A stretch of DNA of 64,000 nt from Candidatus Omnitrophota bacterium (GTDB lineage Bacteria; Omnitrophota; Omnitrophia; Omnitrophales; Aquincolibacteriaceae): assembly GCA_903856085.1 (NCBI GenBank), contig CAIOAT010000029.1, positions 3,507 to 67,506 of the forward strand, in the 5' to 3' direction. This document shows, piece by piece, positions 33,264 through 43,027 of this stretch. Each line of letters starts with the position of its first letter. Positions within the stretch are counted from its first letter, which is position 1. The notes beneath the pieces are model-generated. The model did not search any database. It was not told the DNA's origin and worked only from the letters and a program-made list of their open reading frames with translations. The position numbers and the translations under genes were made by a program.

Positions 33264-34517
33264 ATGAAAACAGCGAATTTTGAAAGGAGCAACCCTTCAA
33301 TGATCATCAAGCAAATGCTCAAAGACCGCACTCTCACCGACAAGGAAAGAAAGAATCTTGGCATTCTCGAGGTTGTCCGCAAGAATGGCCCCATTTCCAG
33401 GACCGATATTTCCAAGCTCACGGAGCTGAACATTGTTACGGTTTCTAACTACGTGAGTCATTACATCAAAAAAGGTCTTGTGATCGAAGGTGAGCTTGAT
33501 GAGTCTACGGGCGGACGAAAACCTGTGCTTGTGGAACTCAACCCCAAGGCTGGCTACATTGTGGGAGTCGGGCTTAACATGATGAGTATGGTTGCTGTGC
33601 TTGTGGATCTTGAGATCAATGTGATCAGCGAGATCAAGCGCGAAAGAGACCCAGAAAATTCTGAGAAGATCATTCATCAGATGGTAGAACTCGCGGCGGA
33701 GATCATTGAAAAGGCCGAGGTCGACAAATCCAAGATCGTCGGACTCGGGGTCGGTATCCCCGGGATTATTGACGAACGGGGGCGCACGATCCGATGGCCC
33801 CAAAGCCTTGGAGACAAAGACATTTCAGTTTGCTCTTCGATCAAGGAAACTTTCGAAAAGCGGCTCAACATTCCGACGATCGTGGAGAATGATGCGAACG
33901 CGGCAGTGCTCGGAGAAAAATGGCTGGGGCTGGATCGCGATGTCCGGAACATGGTCTATATGTTTTCGGGCGTGGGGTGCGGCATTCTCATTAATGAAGA
34001 AATTTATCGGGGAGCGAATGGCGCCGCAGGAGAGCTCGGCATCACGAGCGCGCACGCGACCAAGGACTATTCATTCAAGATCGCGACCCAGCTCGGCCGG
34101 TGGGAAATGGATATTGGCATGGTCCGCCACGCCCGCGAACGGATCGAAAAAGGCGAGCCCTCGATCCTAAAAGATCTGGTCAAGGGAGATCTTTCAAAGC
34201 TGACTTTTAAGGAAATCGTTAAGGCCATCCGGGAAAAAGACGCTTTGGCGATCAAGGTGGCAGAGCAAGCCGGGCAAGACCTTGGCAAGAAGATAGCATT
34301 CATCGTGAATCTTCTCAATCCTGAGGTTGTAGTGATCGGCGGAGGCATTGAGGATTGCGGCGCATCGCTTCTCGACGCGATCAAGAGCACGGTCAAAGAG
34401 TGGTCTGTCGAAGAGGCCGCGACGCAAGTCAAGATCATCCCGTCCGCTTTCGGGGAGAACGCTGTGGCGCTTGGCGTGGTGGGTATTGTGGCTCGCGAAG
34501 TCTTCGCTCAGGCTTAA
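33264..34517 (+). CDS. ROK-family transcriptional regulator (NagC/XylR type)
   Basis: It has an N-terminal wHTH followed by a ROK sugar-kinase-like domain, with GVGIPGIID and ENDANAAVLGE. It is 417 aa. Confidence 0.85.
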   Translation: MKTANFERSNPSMIIKQMLKDRTLTDKERKNLGILEVVRKNGPISRTDISKLTELNIVTVSNYVSHYIKKGLVIEGELDESTGGRKPVLVELNPKAGYIVGVGLNMMSMVAVLVDLEINVISEIKRERDPENSEKIIHQMVELAAEIIEKAEVDKSKIVGLGVGIPGIIDERGRTIRWPQSLGDKDISVCSSIKETFEKRLNIPTIVENDANAAVLGEKWLGLDRDVRNMVYMFSGVGCGILINEEIYRGANGAAGELGITSAHATKDYSFKIATQLGRWEMDIGMVRHARERIEKGEPSILKDLVKGDLSKLTFKEIVKAIREKDALAIKVAEQAGQDLGKKIAFIVNLLNPEVVVIGGGIEDCGASLLDAIKSTVKEWSVEEAATQVKIIPSAFGENAVALGVVGIVAREVFAQA

Positions 34518-34541
34518 GCGCTCTCAACTTTCGGTTCCAGA

Positions 34542-35570
34542 ATGAAAGCTTTTATACAAGCACTCAAGTCCCGGGTTCTCGCGGGAGGGAACATCACTCC
34601 AGGAGAAGCCCTTTGTCTCAGCTCCATCAAAGACTCTGCAACGCTCGACCTTCTTCTAAGCGCTGCCCACGAGATCACCGCCAAGTTCCGGCCCTCCACG
34701 CCCGATCTCTGCTCGCTTGTAAATGCTAAAAGTTATCTTTGCTCCGAGGATTGCGGTTTTTGTTCCCAATCCTCCCATTACAAAACAGGCGTGAAACGTT
34801 ACCCCCTCATGAGTTCGGAAGAAATTCTGGAAGCAGCCCAAAAAAGCGAAGCCAACGGCGTCCAAAGCTTTTGCGTGGTCACAAGTGGCGAAACTTTAAA
34901 CGATGTCGAATTTGAACAAGTGCTAGCGACTTTTCGCTTGTTAAGCGAGAAGACCCATCTCCAGCTTGATGGGTCCCTGGGGAATCTGACGGCTGAACAG
35001 ATCCGCAAGCTTCGGGAGGCCGGGATGCGGCGTTTCAATCACAATCTTCAATGTTCCCGCGAGTTTTATCCCGAGATTGTTTCCACGCATACCTATGACG
35101 AGCGAATGGAAACTTTGAAATTTCTGGAGGCGAACGGCGTCGAGGTGTGTTCAGGCGGTATTTTTGGAATGGGGGAAACGCAGGAAGATCGGATCCGTCT
35201 CGCGTTCGAACTGAAGCCCTACGACCTCCATTGCCTGCCGATCAATATTCTGAATCCGAGACCCGGGACACCGCTTGAGGGACGACAAGCCGTGAATCCC
35301 GAGGAAATCGTGAAGACGGTCGCGATTTTTCGTTTTATTCATCCCCAAGCCAATATCAAACTCGCCGGTGGCCGAGAATTAAATCTGGGCGTTTATTTTC
35401 AGGAAAAGGCCCTTCGCGGCGGGGCGAACGGTTTTGTGGTCGGCGGCTATCTCACGACGGCAGGAAATCCGCTTCAGGAAGATCTCGACATGCTCCGGCG
35501 GTCTGGTTTTTTCTTAGGGGTTGCCCACGAACACGATTGTTGCTCGTCCGGCTGCGAGCAGAAAACGTAG
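34542..35570 (+). CDS. bioB: Biotin synthase (radical SAM)
   Basis: The radical-SAM cysteines are CSEDCGFC (CxxxCxxC). Its length and BioB-like C-terminus fit. Confidence 0.9.
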   Translation: MKAFIQALKSRVLAGGNITPGEALCLSSIKDSATLDLLLSAAHEITAKFRPSTPDLCSLVNAKSYLCSEDCGFCSQSSHYKTGVKRYPLMSSEEILEAAQKSEANGVQSFCVVTSGETLNDVEFEQVLATFRLLSEKTHLQLDGSLGNLTAEQIRKLREAGMRRFNHNLQCSREFYPEIVSTHTYDERMETLKFLEANGVEVCSGGIFGMGETQEDRIRLAFELKPYDLHCLPINILNPRPGTPLEGRQAVNPEEIVKTVAIFRFIHPQANIKLAGGRELNLGVYFQEKALRGGANGFVVGGYLTTAGNPLQEDLDMLRRSGFFLGVAHEHDCCSSGCEQKT

Positions 35571-35573
35571 CCC

Positions 35574-36302
35574 TTGGAACTCCCTCTTCAAGGCAAGACC
35601 CTTCTTATCACGGGCGGTACTAGCCGGCTCGGACAGGCTGTGGTACAGAAAGCCAGCCAGCAGGGCGCACGCGTCTTCTTTACCTACTTCCATTCTACGG
35701 CGCTCGCTCAAGGGCTCGAACAGACCGGCGCCCAGGGATTTGCCGTGGATCTCGCCGACGTCAAGGCCATTGATGCGTTCGCTCAGGTGTTCAGAGAAAA
35801 GGTGGAGTTCCTGGATGTCCTCATTCATAATGCCGCCGCGACCGCGGATGCGCTCATCGAAAAAATGTCCGAAAAAGAGTGGGATGACGTCATGCGGGTC
35901 AATCTTAAGGCGCCTTTTTATCTGACCCAAAAGCTCCTGCCGCTCCTTTTAAGAAAAACGCCAAGCAAGGTCTTTACCCTCGTGAGCCGCGCGGGTTTAA
36001 GCGGGCTTGCCGGAGCCGCGAACTACGCCGCTTCGAAAGGCGGGCTGATCTCCATGACCAAGACGCTTGCCCGGGAGCTTGGACGTAAAAAAATTCTCGT
36101 GAATGCCGTGAATCCAGGGTTTATGCAATCTTCGATCACCGCAAGCGTTCCCCAAGAAATTCTGCAAGAAAATCTCGAAGAGAGTCCGCTCAAAACATTT
36201 TCGGATCCCGGAGAAGTCGCGGATTTTCTTCTTTTTCTCTCCTCAGACCGGATGCGCCAGGTGACGGGGCAAGTGTTTCATTTTGAATCCCGACCTTTCT
36301 AA
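35574..36302 (+). CDS. SDR-family 3-oxoacyl-ACP reductase-like protein embedded in the bio operon.
   Basis: The Rossmann motif is ITGGTSRLG. The catalytic triad is S...YAASKGG. It resembles FabG. Confidence 0.85.
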   Translation: MELPLQGKTLLITGGTSRLGQAVVQKASQQGARVFFTYFHSTALAQGLEQTGAQGFAVDLADVKAIDAFAQVFREKVEFLDVLIHNAAATADALIEKMSEKEWDDVMRVNLKAPFYLTQKLLPLLLRKTPSKVFTLVSRAGLSGLAGAANYAASKGGLISMTKTLARELGRKKILVNAVNPGFMQSSITASVPQEILQENLEESPLKTFSDPGEVADFLLFLSSDRMRQVTGQVFHFESRPF

Positions 36303-36418
36303 GGTAGAATTTTCAGCCAACGGTTGACGCGCCAGCGCTTTTGCGCCGAAGGATGCATCTGTCCGACGAATTGAGGCAGGGTGTTGGGCGAACAAGACCT
36401 GAAGGGATCATCAAGAAC

Positions 36419-37624
36419 ATGAAACGACGCGTGGTAGTCACGGGCATGGGGGTTCTTTCGCCGATCGGGAACACGCTTGCCAAATTTCGAGAGAACCTCA
36501 AAGCCGGTGTTTCAGGAAAAGACTCCGGCGATCACTACGAGGTCGACGGGTATAAATTTCCGCCAGTTTTTCCCCTCAGAAATTTCAACCCGCGGCCATA
36601 TGGAACACATATTCTGGATCCTTTCATTCAATATGCCGTGGCGGCTGCAGATCAAGCCGTTCTTGACGCTCAGTTCGACGTTGCGGCCGTAGATCCTTAC
36701 GCGATCGCTCTTTCCGTTAGTTCGAGCAAGGGCGGCGTCCACAGCCTCGGTCGTTTTAAAGAGCGATTCTTACGAAATCCAAGCGCGATCCTGGGCGCAA
36801 GAATGTTCACGAGCGCGGTTCCGAACTTCGCGGACCAATGGATCGCCCGGCGCATGAAAATTCAAGGTCCGGCCAAATGCTATGTTGCTGCGTGTGCGAC
36901 CGGAACCGTGGCTATTGTTCAGGGCTTTCGCATGGTCTCCGAAGGGCAGGCGGAATATTGCCTTGCCGGAGCCACAGACGCTTCGATTACGCCGCTCATG
37001 CTGGGCGGTTACAAAAATATGAAAGCGCTTGCGACTAAAGACATACGTCCGTTCGACAAAAGGCGCAATGGATTTTTGGTGGGCGAAGGCGCGGGGGTGG
37101 TTTTTCTCGAGACGCTTGAAAGCGCGAAGGCGCGTGGCGTAAAAATCTACGGCGAGATCGTCGAGGCTGCCTACGGCCAGGATAGCAAGCAGCCAATTCT
37201 TTTTGATTTGAACGAACACGCCTTATCGCACACCTTGAAGGTTCTTCTCAAGAGAGCCGGCATCGCTTCCCGGGATATTGATTATATGAATCTACACGGC
37301 ACGGGTACGAGGCACGGAGATCTTTATGAGACGCTAGAACTTAAAGAAGCTCTTGGTGAAGAAGCTTACAAAATTCCGATGAGTTCGACTAAGGGGGCGA
37401 CCGGGCATATGCTCGGAGCGACGGGTGCTGTTGAGATCATTGCGACATTTCTCGGAATCCACGAGGAATTTATCCCGCCGACCGTGGGCCTTGAAGAAAA
37501 GGATCCTGCCTGCGATCTGGATTATACCCCCGGGAAAATGCGACAGCGCAAGATCACAAACGCCGTCAAAGTTTCTATGGGTTTTGGCGGCCAAGTTGCA
37601 GCTGTGCTGCTGCGTAAAATATGA
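36419..37624 (+). CDS. Beta-ketoacyl-ACP synthase (elongating KAS I/II type) embedded in the bio operon.
   Basis: The start is MKRRVVVTGMGVLSPIGN. The active-site cysteine is in ACATG, and the histidines are in HGTGT and GHMLGATG, giving a Cys-His-His triad rather than the KAS III type. Confidence 0.85.
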   Translation: MKRRVVVTGMGVLSPIGNTLAKFRENLKAGVSGKDSGDHYEVDGYKFPPVFPLRNFNPRPYGTHILDPFIQYAVAAADQAVLDAQFDVAAVDPYAIALSVSSSKGGVHSLGRFKERFLRNPSAILGARMFTSAVPNFADQWIARRMKIQGPAKCYVAACATGTVAIVQGFRMVSEGQAEYCLAGATDASITPLMLGGYKNMKALATKDIRPFDKRRNGFLVGEGAGVVFLETLESAKARGVKIYGEIVEAAYGQDSKQPILFDLNEHALSHTLKVLLKRAGIASRDIDYMNLHGTGTRHGDLYETLELKEALGEEAYKIPMSSTKGATGHMLGATGAVEIIATFLGIHEEFIPPTVGLEEKDPACDLDYTPGKMRQRKITNAVKVSMGFGGQVAAVLLRKI

Positions 37625-38790
37625 AACAAGGTTATTTGCAGGGAATAGAACAACTGAAACATGACAATCTCTATCGCAAACTCCGCGTCCTGGAAAGGCA
37701 TGAAGGCGTGCGGGCTTTTTTTAAAGGCCGCAAATTGCTGCTTTTTTGTAGTAATGATTATCTAGGGCTAAGCCGGCATCCCCGCGTGGTTCATGCGGCC
37801 CAAAAGGCGCTGAAAAAATATGGCGTGGGAGCAGGCGCCGCGCGGCTTATCTCGGGAACCACGGACGCTCACACTGCCCTCGAAAAAAAGATCGCGCAAT
37901 TTAAAAGAAAAGAAAGCGCGCTTGTGTTTGCCGCTGGGTTTCTCGCGAATCTCGGCATTTTGACGACCTTTGCTGGCGAGCAAGACGTTATTATCATGGA
38001 CAAACTTTGTCACGCGTCGCTCGTGGAGGGTGCCCGTCTTTCAAAAGCCGAATTTCGCGTCTTTCCGCATAAAAACTATAAAAAATGTGAAGATCTTCTT
38101 CGGGGCGCACAAGGCGCGCGACGGCGGATCCTCGTGACCGAAACGGTCTTTAGCATGGATGGAGACCTTGCGGATCTCAAGGAGCTTGTCCGGTTGAAAG
38201 AAAAATACAATGCATTGCTTGTAGTCGACGACGCGCACGGAACGGGCGTTCTCGGAGCGCACGGACGCGGAGCAACGGAAAATGGCGGTCTGGCCCAAAA
38301 GATAGATATCATTATGGGGACGCTTTCCAAAGCCATAGGCGGGCTTGGTGGGTTTGTGGCCGCGGATAAAATCTTGATCGATTACCTCGTCAATTTTGCA
38401 AGGCCGTTCATTTTTGCCACGGCGCTTCCGCCGGCGCTCTGTGAAGCTGCGCGTGAAGCGTTGTGTGTGATCGACGAAGAGCCGACGGCGAGGGAAAAAC
38501 TTTGGCGAAATATCAGCGCGGTTCATCAAGGATTGACCCGGAGCGGATTCTCGATCGCAAAACCTGAGTCCGCGATCCTGCCCGTCATGGTGGGCGATGA
38601 AGGAAAAGCGATGGAGATTTTTGATAAACTTCTCGCGCGAGGAATTTTTATTCCGGCGGTGCGTTACCCGACTGTTCCCAAAGGCAAAGCCCGGCTCCGG
38701 GTGACCGTTAGCGCCGCGCATTCGGAGAAAGATATTTGCAAGCTCCTGGGGGCATTTCAAGCGCTGAGCCGAGAAGAATTCACCCGATGA
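37621..38790 (+). CDS. bioF: 8-amino-7-oxononanoate synthase
   Basis: The PLP lysine region is GTLSKAIGGLGGFV. The protein is alpha-oxoamine-synthase-like. Its ATG overlaps the KAS stop in an ATGA arrangement. Confidence 0.9.
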   Translation: MKQGYLQGIEQLKHDNLYRKLRVLERHEGVRAFFKGRKLLLFCSNDYLGLSRHPRVVHAAQKALKKYGVGAGAARLISGTTDAHTALEKKIAQFKRKESALVFAAGFLANLGILTTFAGEQDVIIMDKLCHASLVEGARLSKAEFRVFPHKNYKKCEDLLRGAQGARRRILVTETVFSMDGDLADLKELVRLKEKYNALLVVDDAHGTGVLGAHGRGATENGGLAQKIDIIMGTLSKAIGGLGGFVAADKILIDYLVNFARPFIFATALPPALCEAAREALCVIDEEPTAREKLWRNISAVHQGLTRSGFSIAKPESAILPVMVGDEGKAMEIFDKLLARGIFIPAVRYPTVPKGKARLRVTVSAAHSEKDICKLLGAFQALSREEFTR

Positions 38791-39230
38791 AAAAGATTAT
38801 TTCCACGATGGCGGTCATGATGTTTTTGACGTCGTCGAGTTCTTATGCGGAGTTTAAGTCAGCGCAACAGATTGTCCCGACGCCAATGCTCATGCTCATT
38901 CTCAAATCCGATAAACAAACATATATTGCGGATGAGAGAGTCAGTCTTTTGTTAACTGTGAAAAACTTGGGCTCTCAAGGGGCGCAGCTCTTTGATGGAC
39001 CTTATTTGCGGACAAGGGTGGTGTTCGATAACAAGGAATATAAAAACACAGGCGGTATCGCTTGGGGCGGGCCCGATGCTGTTCCGCCGGGGAGTGAAAT
39101 GAACATCGCCGTTGAACTGTCAGCTTATGGCATTACCAAAGATATGTTGAATTCGGGCGAACACTCTGTTGTTGTAAAGCTAAACGGAGCTATTTCTAAC
39201 GCTCTCAGTTTCAAAATCAAAGAGAAATGA
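38787..39230 (+). CDS. Small secreted protein of unknown function inside the bio operon.
   Basis: The start, MKKIISTMAVMMFLTSSSSYA, overlaps the bioF stop in an ATGA arrangement. The signal peptide is followed by a beta-rich, about 125-aa mature part. Confidence 0.5.
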   Translation: MKKIISTMAVMMFLTSSSSYAEFKSAQQIVPTPMLMLILKSDKQTYIADERVSLLLTVKNLGSQGAQLFDGPYLRTRVVFDNKEYKNTGGIAWGGPDAVPPGSEMNIAVELSAYGITKDMLNSGEHSVVVKLNGAISNALSFKIKEK

Positions 39231-39339
39231 AAAGGCTTGGTGCCGAGCCACAAACTCTAAAGCGGGCGGACGTAATGCTTTCATCCCCGGCGATAAAAAA
39301 TCAGACAAGGTTATCAAGAGAACTTAGGACCGTTATAAA

Positions 39340-40692
39340 ATGAAAACAAAAACTTTGATAGCAAAAGACAGAAAATATCTTTGGCATCCATTCACCCAGA
39401 TGCAGGACTGGCAGACGGAGGAGTTTCCAGTCATTGAAAAAGGGGACGGGTGTTATCTGATCGACACGGAAGGTCGTCGTTATCTGGACGGAGTGTCGTC
39501 GCTTTGGTGCAATGTGCATGGGCACAAGGTCAAAGAACTCGATCGCGCGATCAAAAAGCAGCTTCAAAAAATCTCACACACCACGTTTCTGGGTCTGACG
39601 CATCCCACGGCTATCGAACTTGCCGAAAAGCTCGCCGCCATTGCTCCCAAAGGTTTGACCCGTGTTTTTTATTCAGATTCCGGATCTGAGGCTGTGGAAA
39701 TCGCGCTCAAAATGGCATTTCAGTATTGGGCGCAAAAAGGCCACCCCGAGAAGAAAAAGTTCGCAAGACTCGAAAATGCTTATCATGGCGATACACTCGG
39801 AGCTGTAAGTGTCGGCGGGATCGATCTATTCCACCAGATTTACAAACCGCTTTTATTCAATACTTTTGCGATCCCGTCGCCTTACCGCTATCGCTGGGAA
39901 ACAGGCAGCGATCCGGAAAAAGTTAAAAACGAGTCGCTCAATAGCATGGAGGAAATTCTTAGGGAGCATCACCAGGAGATCGCCGCGTTCGTGATGGAGC
40001 CATTGATGCAAGGAGCTGCGGGGATGATCGACCAGCCCACGGGATACATTTCCCGTGCCAGGGAGTTGACGCGAAAGTATAATACTCTCCTGATCTTTGA
40101 CGAGGTTGCAACAGGGTTCGGGCGAACCGGGGAAATGTTCGCCGCGGATCATGAAAGCGTGACGCCGGACATTATGGCAGTTGCCAAAGGCATCACGGGC
40201 GGTTACCTGCCTCTTGCGGCGACGCTTGCAACCGAAGAAGTTTATGACGCGTTCCTGGGCCGGTACGAAGAATTCAAGGCCTTCTTTCATGGCCATACAT
40301 ACACAGCGAATCCGTTAGCTTGCGCGGCGGCGATCGCGAATCTTGAGATTTTTGAAAAACAAAAAACGCTCGAAAAGTTACAGCCCAAGATCCGGCTCAT
40401 AAAAAAACGGCTCGAGGGATTTTACAAACTCAAATGTGTGGGTGATATCAGGCAATGCGGCATCATGGTCGGGATCGAGCTTGTCAGGGACAAGGCGACC
40501 AAGGAACCGTTTGACGCAAAAGAAAAAGTGGGTGTTCGCGTGATCGAACGGGCGCGAAAAAAAGGCGCGATCCTCCGGCCGCTGGGTTCGGTGATTGTAC
40601 TTATGCCGCCCTTGGCGATGACAGAAAGAGAATTGGACCGGCTGCTTGATATTACTTATGATTCAATCGAAGAAACTACCAATAAGCGATAG
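39340..40692 (+). CDS. bioA: Adenosylmethionine-8-amino-7-oxononanoate aminotransferase
   Basis: It is a class III aminotransferase of 450 aa, with DEVATGFGRTG and the PLP lysine in VAKGITGGYLP. Confidence 0.92.
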   Translation: MKTKTLIAKDRKYLWHPFTQMQDWQTEEFPVIEKGDGCYLIDTEGRRYLDGVSSLWCNVHGHKVKELDRAIKKQLQKISHTTFLGLTHPTAIELAEKLAAIAPKGLTRVFYSDSGSEAVEIALKMAFQYWAQKGHPEKKKFARLENAYHGDTLGAVSVGGIDLFHQIYKPLLFNTFAIPSPYRYRWETGSDPEKVKNESLNSMEEILREHHQEIAAFVMEPLMQGAAGMIDQPTGYISRARELTRKYNTLLIFDEVATGFGRTGEMFAADHESVTPDIMAVAKGITGGYLPLAATLATEEVYDAFLGRYEEFKAFFHGHTYTANPLACAAAIANLEIFEKQKTLEKLQPKIRLIKKRLEGFYKLKCVGDIRQCGIMVGIELVRDKATKEPFDAKEKVGVRVIERARKKGAILRPLGSVIVLMPPLAMTERELDRLLDITYDSIEETTNKR

Positions 40693-40767
40693 CGGTTCAC
40701 GGGCCATGTACCATGAGCCGGATACTGCCTTTGCATGGACCGTAGGGTGTGGACTGTGGAGCGCGTT

Positions 40768-41505
40768 ATGAAACCAGGTATTTTTATTACAGGAACAGAT
40801 ACCGACGTCGGGAAAACAGTGGTTTCCGCCGGGCTCGCGCTTGTCCTCCGGGGCCGCGGGATGAAGGTTGGCGTGATGAAACCCGTGGCGACCGGCTGCT
40901 ATGGTAGCGATGAAAAGCTTATCTCCCAAGATGCGGCCTTCTTGATGGAAGCTGCCCAAAACGAATACCCGCCGCTCACGAGTCCGTCACGATTCCGCAA
41001 TCCTCTTTCGCCGAACGTTGCGGCCATGCTCGAAAAAAAAGAAGTAGACGTTCCCAACATCCTTAAAAGTTATCGCGAACTTCAGAAACACTATGATTTC
41101 ATAATTGTGGAGGGCGTGGGCGGGCTTATGGTCCCGCTCAAGAAAGATTATTACGTCGCCAACCTTATCCGCGACATGGGATTGCCGATCGTGATCGTGT
41201 CGTACGCGGGGCTTGGTGCGATCAATCACACGCTGCTTACCGTGGATGCAGCCACGATCCGGGGGCTGGAAGTGCGCGGCATTATCTTTAACCGTGTCGC
41301 CGTGGCGAATTATTCGCTGGCCGAACTTACGAACCCGAAGGTCATTCATGACCTTTCCGGCGTTCCGATCCTTGGCAGCTTGCCCAACATTGAGGGTCTG
41401 AACATGGACAACTGTCAGTTCGGGAAGCTTAAGGAGATTTTCCAGGAGCGCATTCGAGTCGACAAGATCGCGGGAAATCTTGTCGGTGCCATCCCCCAAA
41501 AATAA
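40768..41505 (+). CDS. bioD: Dethiobiotin synthetase
   Basis: The start is MKPGIFITGTDTDVGKT, which includes the P-loop. Confidence 0.9.
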   Translation: MKPGIFITGTDTDVGKTVVSAGLALVLRGRGMKVGVMKPVATGCYGSDEKLISQDAAFLMEAAQNEYPPLTSPSRFRNPLSPNVAAMLEKKEVDVPNILKSYRELQKHYDFIIVEGVGGLMVPLKKDYYVANLIRDMGLPIVIVSYAGLGAINHTLLTVDAATIRGLEVRGIIFNRVAVANYSLAELTNPKVIHDLSGVPILGSLPNIEGLNMDNCQFGKLKEIFQERIRVDKIAGNLVGAIPQK

Positions 41506-41587
41506 CCCGAAAGGAAGAATCCTTGTCCAAACGGTCCCAACGCTTATCCCTTTCACTGAAGTGGAAAGTGGGGTCTTCCAAGTCGCC

Positions 41588-43027
41588 ATGATTCTCTCTA
41601 ATAAAAATCACCGGGTAACCATGACAGCCCAAGGCGCCATTCCTGAAAAGAAGAAAAGACCAGGACGGAAAGCGATCGGCATTCGGCTTGAAAGAAAAAA
41701 AGATGCGAGCCTGCTTAACTGGAATCTTAAGCGTCCTTATCCTCCCGAAAAGATACACATTCCCATCCCCGTAGCTGCAGAGCCGTGTGTTCGGGTCGGA
41801 GACATTGTTCAGACGGGACAAAAGATCGCAGAGCCGAAGGGGCCGGGAGGTGTAAGCCTTCACGCCAGCATGCCAGGAGTCGTGGAAAGGATCGAGAATT
41901 TTCCCGATGCGGTGGGACGGAAAAGTTTGATGATTGAAATCCGCAAGCACGGGGAACCCAAGCCTATTCCGGCTGCGGAAGCTCGCAAAGGATGGACCGA
42001 GATTCCGGCAGAAGAGCTCTTGAGGATTTTTCAATATTCCGGGCTTGTGACCACGGACCCACGCATGGAACCCGTTCACGTCAAGCTTGGACGACATGCC
42101 GGAGCGCGAACGATCATCATCAACGGTTGTGAACCAGAGCCTTACATCACCGGCGAACAAGTGCTCACCCTTTCGCATCCCGTGGAAATATTAAAAGGCG
42201 CTGAATTACTCAAAAAAGCCCTCGGCGCGGTTCCCACACCGATCAATTTCAGAGGGTCTGAAATGGGGGCCGTCCCGGCTACCGTCGATCCACAGAAAAT
42301 AAAAATTGGGGCGGAAAAAATCATTTTTGCACTTGAGAACTCAAACCTGGAGATGATGGAGCTCATTAAGAGCAAGATCTACTTTCTGAAGTGGGAGCAC
42401 GCCGAAGTGCGGAGCGTGCCTGCGCTTTACCCGCAGGGTTTGGAAAGCACCCTGCTTCAGGCATGGTTTCCGGGGGAGGAGGAGAAGGCTGTTGTGTTCC
42501 CGGCATCTACGGCATTCGCAGCCTATGAAGCCGTCGCACTAGGGAAATCTTTTTATGAAAAAGTCGTGACCGTGGGAGGCGAATGTGTGGTTGAACCACG
42601 CAGTCTTTGGCTGCCGATCGGAATCTCATTCCACGATGCGATCCAAGCCTGCAAAGGAGTCATGCGCGAGCCGCAAAAGATCCTGATGGGTGGGCCGATG
42701 GCCGGGACAGTGCAGGCGACATCGGAAGTTCCCGTGATGGTCGGTACGACTGCCATCCTCGCGCTTCCCAAAGAGGTTGTAAAAGATGCGATAGCGGAAC
42801 CCTGCATTCGATGCAATCTTTGCGTGGACCATTGTCCCGTCTCGCTTTCACCGGCGATGATCACGTTGGCTGCGGACCAAAAAGAATTCGCGACTGCGGA
42901 GGAATGGGGTGTTTCGGAATGCATCGAATGCGGGAATTGCGCCTATGTATGTCCGTCCAAGCGGCCGATGCTGGAGCTGATCCGTTTGGCGCGCTCACGG
43001 GGAGAAGCGGCGGTGGGTCATGGCTGA
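41588..43027 (+). CDS. rnfC: RnfC-like subunit with two 4Fe-4S ferredoxin motifs and a degenerate flavin/NADH loop.
   Basis: It aligns by eye to RsxC/RnfC: IINGCEPEPYITGEQ, ILMGGPMAGT, and two CxxCxxCxxxCP motifs (CIRCNLCVDHCP, CIECGNCAYVCP). Where RnfC has GLGGAGFPTG, this protein has SGLVTTDPRMEP. Confidence 0.72.
   Translation: MILSNKNHRVTMTAQGAIPEKKKRPGRKAIGIRLERKKDASLLNWNLKRPYPPEKIHIPIPVAAEPCVRVGDIVQTGQKIAEPKGPGGVSLHASMPGVVERIENFPDAVGRKSLMIEIRKHGEPKPIPAAEARKGWTEIPAEELLRIFQYSGLVTTDPRMEPVHVKLGRHAGARTIIINGCEPEPYITGEQVLTLSHPVEILKGAELLKKALGAVPTPINFRGSEMGAVPATVDPQKIKIGAEKIIFALENSNLEMMELIKSKIYFLKWEHAEVRSVPALYPQGLESTLLQAWFPGEEEKAVVFPASTAFAAYEAVALGKSFYEKVVTVGGECVVEPRSLWLPIGISFHDAIQACKGVMREPQKILMGGPMAGTVQATSEVPVMVGTTAILALPKEVVKDAIAEPCIRCNLCVDHCPVSLSPAMITLAADQKEFATAEEWGVSECIECGNCAYVCPSKRPMLELIRLARSRGEAAVGHG

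Noticed and set aside
41429-42178. Minus-strand 249-aa ORF
   Set aside because: It is antisense to the RnfC-like gene, which has strong motif support.
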